Shown: positions 20,623 through 27,978 of the stretch, piece after piece | How the letters are laid out: every line of letters begins with the position of its first letter | Position numbering within the stretch: position 1 is the stretch's first letter | NCBI RefSeq assembly: GCF_001644015.1 | Contig: NZ_LUUI01000119.1 | Coordinates: 1-28,530 of the forward strand | Direction: 5' to 3' | DNA: 28,530 nt | From: Methylomonas lenta | GTDB lineage: Bacteria; Pseudomonadota; Gammaproteobacteria; Methylococcales; Methylomonadaceae | Program-made: the position numbers and the translations under genes | Notes under the pieces: model-generated | The model's database searches: none | What the model was told of the DNA's origin: nothing | The model's input: the letters and a program-made list of their open reading frames with translations, nothing else

Positions 20623-21228
20623 ATGCAAACCAATACTACCTCTACCACTACGCCATTCCATCGAGTCGGTTATGCCCGAGTCAGCAGTATCGGCCAAAAT
20701 CTGGATTCTCAAATTGATGCGCTGCAAAAAGCGGGGTGCCGCAAAATATTTTCCGACAAGATGACCGGTTCGCATATGGATCGTCCCGGCTGGGATCAGC
20801 TTTTAGAATATGCTCGCCCAGGCGATACCTTGGTCGTCAGCGAATTAAGCCGAATGACGCGCTCTTTGATGGATTTACTGACAACGGCAAAGGTGCTGGA
20901 ACAGCGGCAAATTAACTTAGTGTCACTGCGTGAAAATATCGACACCACCACGGCTACTGGCCGTTGTTTCTTGTCAATGATGGGCGCTATTCACCAAATG
21001 GAGAGGGAGCTACGCTCTGAGCGGGCGGCAGCAGGACGCTCATCCGCTAAAGCGCGTGGCAAAACGGGTGGAAGACCTAAAACTGACCCTGCAAAATTGG
21101 AGAATGCCAGAATATTATACGAAAACTCAGACAAAACCGCCGCCGAGGTTTGTGAGATTGCCGGAGTTGGGAGAAGGAAATTCTTTTCCCACATCGCAGC
21201 AAAACGAAATGATTCTGGTAAAACTTAA
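20623..21228 (+). CDS. tnpR: Serine recombinase / resolvase (201 aa from ATG 20623; the track start is GTG 20605)
   Basis: RVGYARVSSIGQNLDSQ has the catalytic Ser. It also has VVSELSRMTRS, SAKARGKTGGRPK and a C-terminal HTH. It is divergent from tnpA. Confidence 0.9.
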   Translation: MQTNTTSTTTPFHRVGYARVSSIGQNLDSQIDALQKAGCRKIFSDKMTGSHMDRPGWDQLLEYARPGDTLVVSELSRMTRSLMDLLTTAKVLEQRQINLVSLRENIDTTTATGRCFLSMMGAIHQMERELRSERAAAGRSSAKARGKTGGRPKTDPAKLENARILYENSDKTAAEVCEIAGVGRRKFFSHIAAKRNDSGKT

Positions 21229-21236
21229 AACATCAA

Positions 21237-21674
21237 ATGAGCTACATAACTTGGTTTACAGAACATGGAAATAAACATAAAGCTATAGTTGAAAAATTAC
21301 AAGCTAAAGGTTTAAGTAAAGAAAATATTGTCGATTATTTTGACTTCGATAATATGGTGAAATCTGAATCTGACTTTTGCGAACTTTACGCTGACAGGAA
21401 AAAATGCCACGATGTGGAGAATCTAAACTGTTATCTTTGTGCATGTCCATTATTTCGATTCAATTCTAATGGCATAGAAAAAATCGACGATAAAACTGCT
21501 TTCAGTTACTGTGAAGTAAACTCAAAATTTGGGCATCAGGGTGTTTTTAGAGATGAAATTCATCAAGACTGTTCACAGTGTACCGTTCCTCATAGCAAAA
21601 AATATGTTTTGAGGAATTACGACAATTGGTTTTCGGTCATGGCAAGCTGTGATGTATCAATTATTACTAATTGA
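21237..21674 (+). CDS. Cysteine-rich protein (145 aa), resembling the 'cysteine-rich small domain' zinc-finger-like family
   Basis: CHDVENLNCYLCACPLFRF...SYCEV...HQDCSQCTVPH follows the pattern C-x7-C-x2-C-x-CP...DCxxCxxPH. The family assignment is from memory only. Confidence 0.45.
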   Translation: MSYITWFTEHGNKHKAIVEKLQAKGLSKENIVDYFDFDNMVKSESDFCELYADRKKCHDVENLNCYLCACPLFRFNSNGIEKIDDKTAFSYCEVNSKFGHQGVFRDEIHQDCSQCTVPHSKKYVLRNYDNWFSVMASCDVSIITN

Positions 21675-21693
21675 CGGGCTAAGGGAAATAAGT

Positions 21694-22044
21694 ATGAATC
21701 TTCTGGAAAAGTCAGACGAAGAAATTTTCAATGAGATAACCCCCATCATGGATAATATGATGGAAGGTTCCACTGAAATTAATCATGCTAAGCATACTCG
21801 TGACTTTACAGATAGGATGAAAGCCATTGTCACCCCGGAAAATCTTCAAATCATGTGTAAGGACTACCAGGCAAGGTGGGGTTTATTTGGTAAGCGAGAG
21901 TTTGTCGCCCTGTTTAGACGTAAGCATTCGATAGCAGTGGTCTGGAAACAATATTGCTCCAATTCGACAGATGAGCATGTTGCCGAGGCGGTGTTCGTCG
22001 AACATGATAATCGTTTGCTGATAGATCATGCTATGGTCTATTAA
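21694..22044 (+). CDS. Hypothetical protein (116 aa from ATG 21694 with SD AAGGGA; the track ORF starts at 21649)
   Basis: Complete ORF between the Cys-rich gene and the methyltransferase gene, on the same strand. No family was recognised. Confidence 0.4.
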   Translation: MNLLEKSDEEIFNEITPIMDNMMEGSTEINHAKHTRDFTDRMKAIVTPENLQIMCKDYQARWGLFGKREFVALFRRKHSIAVVWKQYCSNSTDEHVAEAVFVEHDNRLLIDHAMVY

Positions 22045-22074
22045 ATTTATAACAATACGGTTTCAGAGTGGCTT

Positions 22075-22561
22075 GTGAGTTTAATGGTTATTGCCGGAAC
22101 TGAAGGGTATACCGAGAGCGCCGATTCTCTAATCGCACGGTACGAGAGAGTTTCGTTTGCCGAGAAATACGAGTCTGTCTTTCACTTGATGCCAGAAAAG
22201 ACAAGCGATGTTTTGGACATCGGTGCGGGCACAGAAGCCGATGCTGCTTGGTTCGCGGCGGCGGGACTCGGGTGCTCGCCGTTGAGCCAACGGATCGCCT
22301 TCGAGATTCTGCGAAAGCGATTCACCCATCGCCGCTGATCGAGTGGGTTGCCGATAGCCTTCCCTATCTACGAAAGCTAATTTCCCTTGGACAAAGCTTT
22401 GACCTTGTACTCTTGACTGCGGCATGGATGCACCTAACCCGGCAAGAACGTCAGAAAGCAATGCCCAACGTCGCCGCATTGCTCAAAGTAGATGGAGTTC
22501 TGCTTATGTCGCTTCGGCATGGGCCTGTTCCAGAAAATCGGAGAATGTTCCATGTATCAGT
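22075..22561 (+). pseudogene. Class I SAM-dependent methyltransferase, 5' part; frameshifted near 22266-22268 and interrupted at 22561 by the 5-kb element
   Basis: SAM motif VLDIGAGTEADAAWFAAAG in frame A, then RVLAVEPTD...FDLVLLTAAWMHL...LLMSLRHGPVPENRRMFHVS in frame B (ORFs 22075..22338 and 22248..22613). The reading frame resumes at 27581 (VDYTILLAEREGLRNTLSIEVQSAQ*). Confidence 0.85.
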
Positions 22562-22660
22562 TGCATATTCCACACCAAACCAGCCACCCATTCCGATTGA
22601 AATCCGCCACTGATTCTGATTCAAACCCGGCCATCAATTCCGACACGATTACGCCAGAAG
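22562..22660 (+). repeat. Left-end array of four 23-24-bp putative transposase-binding repeats
   Basis: The units start at 22562, 22590, 22613 and 22637: TGCATATTCCACACCAAACCAGCCACCC / ATTCCGATTGAAATCCGCCACTG / ATTCTGATTCAAACCCGGCCATCA / ATTCCGACACGATTACGCCAGAAG. The consensus is ATTCCGAT-n4-AAAYCCGCCA. Confidence 0.8.
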
Positions 22661-22893
22661 TGAATGTTGGCTGTTGTGAAGGCTAACTGGTGCTGTCGAC
22701 CCTTTCCCGCCATACACCTTTCTCCAAAGCGGCCGAATGCCCAAGTATTGTTTTTTGGGTTTCGCTTCTACAAAGCAGCCTTTCGTGGTCTCCGGCAGCC
22801 GGCCATCACCGGAAACTCGGGTCGGTAGGATGAGTATCTGGTCAAAGCCTTTCTCAGTGCATGGCAAAACACATCCGTCCGGATTGCGAGGAA

Positions 22894-22921
22894 ATATACG
22901 AAACGTATATAATTCGTATAT
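22894..22921 (+). promoter_or_regulatory. Operator-like repeats upstream of the ParD-like gene
   Basis: ATATACG-aaa-CGTATAT-aatt-CGTATAT combines an inverted and a direct repeat of a 7-mer. It lies 22-49 nt before the ATG at 22943. Confidence 0.35.
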
Positions 22922-22942
22922 GTTTCATATGCGAGGTCGCTG

Positions 22943-23197
22943 ATGGGTATTGTAAAAATTTCGGAACAGATGCACGAGAACCTGCGCGTGGCGGGGAACG
23001 CGCTAAGCAGATCAATCAATGCCCAGGCCGAACACTGGATGCGAGTCGGCATGTTGACCGAGCTACACCCAGAGCTGGACTATAGGGAAATCTGCCAACT
23101 TTTGATACGGGCTGAACTGGCGGGAGGACTAGACATCGCCGGCGCAGTAACAGGACAACTTGGCAAGACCGATACATTCACGGCCGAAAAACACTGA
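22943..23197 (+). CDS. ParD-like (ribbon-helix-helix type) antitoxin-family protein (84 aa)
   Basis: MGIVKISEQMHENLRVAGNALSRSINAQAEHWMRVG matches the remembered signature of the ParD_like family. Its stop overlaps the map start (TGATG). Confidence 0.55.
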   Translation: MGIVKISEQMHENLRVAGNALSRSINAQAEHWMRVGMLTELHPELDYREICQLLIRAELAGGLDIAGAVTGQLGKTDTFTAEKH

Positions 23198-23988
23198 TGG
23201 CCCACGGCGTTTCCATCAAGTCGGTTGAGGAGCTCGAAATGACGCGCCGGGCCGGACGACTCGCCGCTGAGGTTCTCAGCATGGTTGAGGCATACGTGGC
23301 GCCCGGCGTGAGCACAGAGACGCTCGACCAAATCTGCCACGAGCACATCGTGAATGTCCAGGGCGCCATTCCAGCCAACGTCGGGTATCACGGGTATCCC
23401 AAGACTATTCTTACCTCCGTCAACCAGGTGGTTTGTCACGGCATTCCCTCAGCCGACAAGATTCTGAAGAAGGGCGACATCATCAACATTGATGTCGCCG
23501 TCATCAAGGATGGCTGGTTCGGCGACACCAGTCGCATGTACTTTGTCGGCGTCCCCAGTGTGTTGGCTCGGCGCTTGGTGGAGACGACATACGAAGCATT
23601 GCTGGCCGGAATCCGGCAGGTTAAGCCGGGAGCCACTCTTGGCGATATTGGCCACGCAATCCAGTCGGTTGCTCAACGAGAACATTTCAGCGTAGTACGC
23701 GAATACTGCGGACACGGCATTGGGCAGGTCTACCACGATGAACCTAAAGTGCTTCACTACGGACGGCGCGGGGAAGGGCTCAAACTGGAGCCGGGGATGG
23801 TATTCACCATTGAGCCGATGCTCAATGCAGGCAAACGCGAAACCAAGGAATTGCCTGACGGATGGACAGTCGTGACAAAGGACAGGTCGCTATCCGCCCA
23901 GTGGGAGCACATGGTGGCGGTAACGCCTTCCGGGTATGAAGTGCTTACCCCTTGGACGGGCGCCACAGTTTCATACGCAGCGGTTTGA
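23197..23988 (+). CDS. map: Type I methionine aminopeptidase (263 aa)
   Basis: All five metal ligands are in conserved contexts: NIDV, GDTSRM, CGHGIG, FTIEPM and SAQWEHMVAVT. It is collinear with E. coli Map. Confidence 0.95.
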   Translation: MAHGVSIKSVEELEMTRRAGRLAAEVLSMVEAYVAPGVSTETLDQICHEHIVNVQGAIPANVGYHGYPKTILTSVNQVVCHGIPSADKILKKGDIINIDVAVIKDGWFGDTSRMYFVGVPSVLARRLVETTYEALLAGIRQVKPGATLGDIGHAIQSVAQREHFSVVREYCGHGIGQVYHDEPKVLHYGRRGEGLKLEPGMVFTIEPMLNAGKRETKELPDGWTVVTKDRSLSAQWEHMVAVTPSGYEVLTPWTGATVSYAAV

Positions 23989-24382
23989 CACTCAACCAGG
24001 GTGTGGTTTGGCTTTAGGCAGTTGTTCCTTGTGGGCTGGCAACCACGGTTTCAAGTCTTGCATTGCTCAACTTGCAGCCACAATTGAATGTCCGCATCCG
24101 CTGCGATACTGGCCCTACAGAATACTGAGTTGAATGTCGCTTGAGGTCGTCGGCGACCGTCTTCTCTTCAGACTCATCGCCGGAAAGCGGTCAATAAAAT
24201 TCCGATTCCCGAAAGCGGCCAGTCGTCACTGAGTGCAGCCGACCCGTTGCAGACATTCGGATATGAATTTAAACTTCCCAATAGCGGTCATTGGCAAAGT
24301 AGCACTATCGATTCATTATGCCGGCCTTGCCTAGTGTTCTTCATTGTACGCCGGGTTTTTAGCATAGGTGTATTATGAGATG

Positions 24383-24877
24383 TCAGTCTTCCATCTGTTC
24401 TAATTCTTCAGCAAATTCGTTTATTTCATTTGCAATTGATTCCATTTTTTCAATCATGCTTCTTCTTACTTCTGGTCCTTGGCCCTCTATCTTTATTTTA
24501 AAAATTTCAATTTGTGCTTGCATTGAGGCTGTTTTTATCTGCCCTATATTTATACTATTTGCATATTCTTGAGCTTTAACTTGGGCGTTCAACTCTGCTC
24601 TTGATGCTTTCATTTCATCCCTTTGCAGTTTAAGTTCTTTACGTTGTAGATAGATTGTGTAAATGATACCTGCAAATGCTAAACCGCTAAATAATGCGTT
24701 TATAGAGCCGAAAAGGTCGCCGAATTGGCCGCGTGATGGCCAATCAGGTAAGTTATTGAATACACTCCACCACATTATCCCCCAAAGAATAATAGCCCCA
24801 ACAACTAACCATATTAGCAATGAAATGCTTTCTTCTTTATTTTGATTTTCCGACATGTTTTTTCCTTTTTTAGACAT
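24383..24877 (-). CDS. 2-TM membrane protein with C-terminal coiled coil (164 aa; alternative ATG at 24856 has SD AAGGA), reminiscent of putAbiC-type abortive-infection proteins
   Basis: TM1 is ISLLIWLVVGAIILWGIMWWSVF. The motif GQFGDLFGSINALFSGLAFAGIIYTIYLQRKELKLQRDEM follows, and then heptad-rich sequence. It lies 107 nt downstream of thsB on the same strand. Confidence 0.45.
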   Translation of the reverse strand: MSKKGKNMSENQNKEESISLLIWLVVGAIILWGIMWWSVFNNLPDWPSRGQFGDLFGSINALFSGLAFAGIIYTIYLQRKELKLQRDEMKASRAELNAQVKAQEYANSINIGQIKTASMQAQIEIFKIKIEGQGPEVRRSMIEKMESIANEINEFAEELEQMED

Positions 24878-24984
24878 GTTGAGGTACGAACCCCAACACT
24901 TTCTGGTTCCGATCTGTTAGGCTTCCTTGCGTGAGCTCAATCTACTGCACTAAAGCTGGTAGGAGGATTACCCGCTGAATTGAG

Positions 24985-25587
24985 CTACCGCCCGGCCAGA
25001 TCTGCGGCTAATTCTATCCATCCGGCTATGTTTTTTCGTCCGTCTTGGGCTATGAAATCGTAACGTTCACAGTGCTTCGAAAGCGTGACCACCTGCTTGC
25101 TTGTCGGAGCATCGAACCACAGGTCGCTTTCAGGAATAGGGCGCGTGTAGTCGCTGTACTTTACCCATTTATCCCCGTTCTTCTCGGCGAAGTAAATTCC
25201 GTTTTCTGTTTTGTACAACCCGATGCAAGTAAGCGGGTCCACTCCTTTGGTACAGGTTTTACCATCCTTATTTTCAACTTTGTTAATGTCTACGGTCAGT
25301 AACCCGTTCCCCTTCAACACACTTTGGACAATTTCATACCTAACCCAACGCCTAGCCGACGTCTCGGCACCAGCGAGTATGCAAGTGACTGAAGTATTCT
25401 TTAGTCCATTTCTAAGGAAAGTTTTAAGATTATCTTCGCTTTCTTTCTTGGAAGCCTCGAAGACGCTACTGTCGAAAAAGCCGTCGGTAAACAGCCCTTC
25501 AGGTTTCACAACTCCACAGTTTCGTACGTTCCAAACTCTCCAATTGTCTGGTGTATAGTGAAACGAGAAAAAAGTTCTTCTAGCCAT
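24985..25587 (-). CDS. thsB: Thoeris ThsB, TIR-like (DUF1863-type) domain protein (200 aa)
   Basis: MARRTFFSFHY...VRN...NTSVTCILAGAETSARRWVRYEI parallels Bacillus ThsB (MAKRVFFSFHY...NTSVTCVLIGSQTFNRRWVRYEI). It lies directly downstream of thsA. Confidence 0.85.
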   Translation of the reverse strand: MARRTFFSFHYTPDNWRVWNVRNCGVVKPEGLFTDGFFDSSVFEASKKESEDNLKTFLRNGLKNTSVTCILAGAETSARRWVRYEIVQSVLKGNGLLTVDINKVENKDGKTCTKGVDPLTCIGLYKTENGIYFAEKNGDKWVKYSDYTRPIPESDLWFDAPTSKQVVTLSKHCERYDFIAQDGRKNIAGWIELAADLAGR

Positions 25588-25648
25588 TTGGTATGTTCCT
25601 TATTAAAAAAAGTAAAAATGTAAGGGTGAAATTGATCAAGTGATCGCC

Positions 25649-27079
25649 TTATTTGTTCAGCTTCTTGATGAGCTGTACTAGTTTTTGAACTAACTCGGCG
25701 TTGGGTGTTGTCGGGTTCGACAATTCTGCTACGAGAGGTTCGACCCATTTGATGCCCTTATAGTGCTTATCGGGGGCGTCTATGACCGTCTCATATATTG
25801 TCTTCGAGGCATAACCGGTAGCTCCAACTGGGATCACGACTACTCCTTTCTGTACAGCGATTTCGAACTCCCTAATGACACCGTTTGCCTCGACTACCTC
25901 ACCGTCAACAAGTTTGTTGCCAAAAACGAAAATAGCTATGCCAGCCAGCGAGATCATTCGCTGTCTATACTCTTCCCATAGCTGCTGCAAGTCTTGAGAA
26001 CTGCTCGCAAATTGTGGGAAAGGGCGCATCACGAGCTGGTCCTCGGATAATTTTTCAGGATTTGAGTAAATTGCCTCAAGCGCACCGTTTATAACCGCGC
26101 TCCCGATACCCCATCCAAAACCGTTTACGACTCTGAAACCTTCACGTACAAGGCCAGCGGTCAATGTATGAACAAAAGTTTGGCCTTCCTGTCTAGACAA
26201 GTTACCAAACTCCTCAGCGCTTCCTGAAATAAACACAGTTTTCTTCCGAAAACGTGTTTCGATTTCTTTTAGGATACAGGGAATTTCTACGTAATCATCT
26301 ATGAGCAGCGTCTGGATTCCAAAGCGTTTGAGGTCGTCTACCCGGAGTTCTTGTTTGCGCTGCTTGTACTTCGTGACTTCATCGTCATCTCCGATCTGTA
26401 CTATCTCTCGTCGCAAGAAGCAGTAGTGCTGTCGCATCGGTTGGTTGACGTAAAGTCTACTAAGAACATAATCCAGGTTCGGATCTGTAAAGCTAAAACC
26501 AATGAAAAGAAAAGTTTTCGCGACGAGATCCCCGCTTAGAGCTGTTACGAACGGAGAGTGCGTCTGATAATATCGTTCATATTGTTGCTTATAGATTACA
26601 GCTTCATTTGCGACTGTGACATCGCCATGCATTTTGTAGACAACTGCGTCCCGTTTCGGACGAGTCGTATTCAATTGGCTAACACTATGCTTGATATCGG
26701 CCACTTTATAGGCACGTTTCAAGGCATCTTCAATTAGGCTGTCATAATTCGTAGTCCAGTATGTTCCGATAGGTAAGCGTGAAAGTATTTCATGGGTTTC
26801 CGATGGCTCTGCCTGTTCGGAAAATTCCTGTAGTATCTTTTTCGCGAGTCCTGCGCTGCTTTTCCGTTCGTTCACATGGAACTGGGTCAATGAAATCAGG
26901 TCGTGTTCATTTTCAACTTTAAGCCCCAATTCGTCTGCGATGTCCCTGAGCAGTTCGGGCCAATCTACATAGCCGCAACTCTTGGACATTCCGGCACCAG
27001 CGAAAACTGCTACATTGTTTTCTTCTAAGTCTTTGACAAAATCTTTGATAAAAGCTTCGATCTCTCGGCTAAAAGTCAT
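25649..27079 (-). CDS. thsA: Thoeris ThsA, N-terminal SIR2 NADase plus C-terminal SLOG signal-binding domain (476 aa)
   Basis: FAGAGMS, YWTTNYDSLIE, DAVVYKMHGD and FLFIGFSFTDPNLDYVLSR form the SIR2 part. TVFISGSAEEF...VVNGFGWGIGSAVINGALE...VIPVGATGYA is the SLOG Rossmann-like part. It is collinear with B. cereus MSX-D12 ThsA as recalled. Confidence 0.9.
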   Translation of the reverse strand: MTFSREIEAFIKDFVKDLEENNVAVFAGAGMSKSCGYVDWPELLRDIADELGLKVENEHDLISLTQFHVNERKSSAGLAKKILQEFSEQAEPSETHEILSRLPIGTYWTTNYDSLIEDALKRAYKVADIKHSVSQLNTTRPKRDAVVYKMHGDVTVANEAVIYKQQYERYYQTHSPFVTALSGDLVAKTFLFIGFSFTDPNLDYVLSRLYVNQPMRQHYCFLRREIVQIGDDDEVTKYKQRKQELRVDDLKRFGIQTLLIDDYVEIPCILKEIETRFRKKTVFISGSAEEFGNLSRQEGQTFVHTLTAGLVREGFRVVNGFGWGIGSAVINGALEAIYSNPEKLSEDQLVMRPFPQFASSSQDLQQLWEEYRQRMISLAGIAIFVFGNKLVDGEVVEANGVIREFEIAVQKGVVVIPVGATGYASKTIYETVIDAPDKHYKGIKWVEPLVAELSNPTTPNAELVQKLVQLIKKLNK

Positions 27080-27502
27080 ATGGATTGATTTTTTAAAAAA
27101 TTAATATGGATTAATGAATCGAGTTTGTATCACCTAAAAAGATGCTGCTCGAATTATTTGATTTTATACCGCTAAATGCTACGACTAAAATTTAAATGCA
27201 TGTGAGCATTCGCTTAATGGCTTCAATATGTAAGGTGCAACAAGTACCTGGTGGAATCTGCGGAATCCAGCGCGTAGGTTGGGCTGACGCAGAAAACCCA
27301 ACGGGAATCGGAACCGAAAAGTGTTGGTTTTCATTCTGTCATATTCATCACCATAAAGCGGCCATTCGTGACAGGCAGAAATTGGCCGGATCGAGCCAAA
27401 GAGGACGCAAGGTTGCTTGCCGAAAAGCGGTCATTCGCTGAACTTAGGGATGGAAAATTTCGCCGGCGCCCTCAACGGCCGGTTATGGCCGGTCGGCGCC
27501 AC

Positions 27503-27573
27503 TGGCGGGTTTCGATTGGAATTCCTGGCGGGTTTGACATCGGAATCGGTGGCGGATTTCATTGGAATACGCA
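27503..27573 (-). repeat. Right-end array of three 22-24-bp putative transposase-binding repeats (inverted relative to the left array)
   Basis: The plus strand reads TGGCGGGTTTCGATTGGAATTCC (27503-27525), TGGCGGGTTTGACATCGGAATCGG (27526-27549) and TGGCGGATTTCATTGGAATACGCA (27550-27573, the terminus). Confidence 0.8.
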
Positions 27574-27656
27574 TATCAGTCGACTATACAATCCTGCTTG
27601 CCGAACGGGAAGGTCTGCGCAACACTCTAAGCATCGAAGTACAGTCTGCCCAGTAA
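27574..27656 (+). pseudogene. Methyltransferase 3' fragment (includes the right TSD copy at 27574-27580)
   Basis: Joining ...TTC CAT GTA TCA GT (22561) to C GAC TAT ACA... (27581) gives FHVSVDYTILLAEREGLRNTLSIEVQSAQ*. Confidence 0.85.
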
Positions 27657-27757
27657 TCAATCGCCAAGCCGGTGTAACGTGGTCATGGCTTGCCTTCAGC
27701 AAAAGTTACGCCTAGCCCTTCATTAAGGTGATTGACGATCTCTATAAGTGTTCTCTG

Positions 27758-27793
27758 ATTTTTACCTTTTCGAGGGGATGGGCAAAAATAGCC
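27758..27793 (-). repeat. Right terminal IR of the nested Tn3-family transposon
   Basis: Exact reverse complement of 17342-17377, followed by the TSD copy AACGT at 27794-27798. Confidence 0.93.
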
Positions 27794-27978
27794 AACGTAC
27801 TAATGAAGGCCGCATCGAGGCCAAGGCCAAGGGAGTGAAGTTTGGTCGCAAACGCACTATCGATACCGAAAAACTAAGGACATTACGTAAGAATGGTCTA
27901 GGCGCTACCGATATTGCCAAGCAAATGGGCATTGGGCGGTCAACCGTTTACAAATTGCTGAATGAAACGGATGAGTGA
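27794..27978 (+). pseudogene. tnpR: Tn3-type resolvase tnpR, 3' fragment (HTH domain)
   Basis: [59 protein letters not shown] continues the fragment at 16967-17341. Compare Tn3 TnpR ...[23 protein letters not shown].... Confidence 0.9.

Larger units (their letters stand above)
22562..27573. mobile_element. 5,012-bp non-autonomous (transposase-less) transposable element carrying ParD-like/Map, a 2-TM protein and Thoeris
   Basis: 7-bp direct repeats TATCAGT at 22555-22561 and 27574-27580. The termini are TGCATATTCCA... and ...TGGAATACGCA (TG/CA, imperfect IR of about 25 bp). There are 4 (left) and 3 (right) contiguous 23-24-bp subterminal repeats in inverted orientation. Excision restores the methyltransferase ORF exactly. 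No transposase ORF lies inside. Confidence 0.85.

Noticed and set aside
22562-22660. Tandem 23-24-bp repeats considered as a possible mini-CRISPR array (also 27503-27573).
   Set aside because: The units are contiguous with no spacers and are degenerate. They occur as two inverted arrays exactly at the ends of an insertion with a target duplication, so they are transposon end repeats, not CRISPR.
24320-24362. CCGGC...GCCGGGTTTTT considered as a plus-strand terminator for the ParD-like/map operon.
   Set aside because: The stem is only 5 bp with a loop of about 23 nt, and it lies about 350 nt beyond the map stop. This is too weak to annotate.
27196-27715. ORFs 27196..27441, 27368..27715 and 27417..27656 in the right end of the 5-kb element.
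   Set aside because: Their translations are repeat-derived (…PKSGHSLNL…, …GIGGGFHWN…). Only the last 25 codons of 27417..27656 are genuine coding sequence, namely the methyltransferase 3' end.
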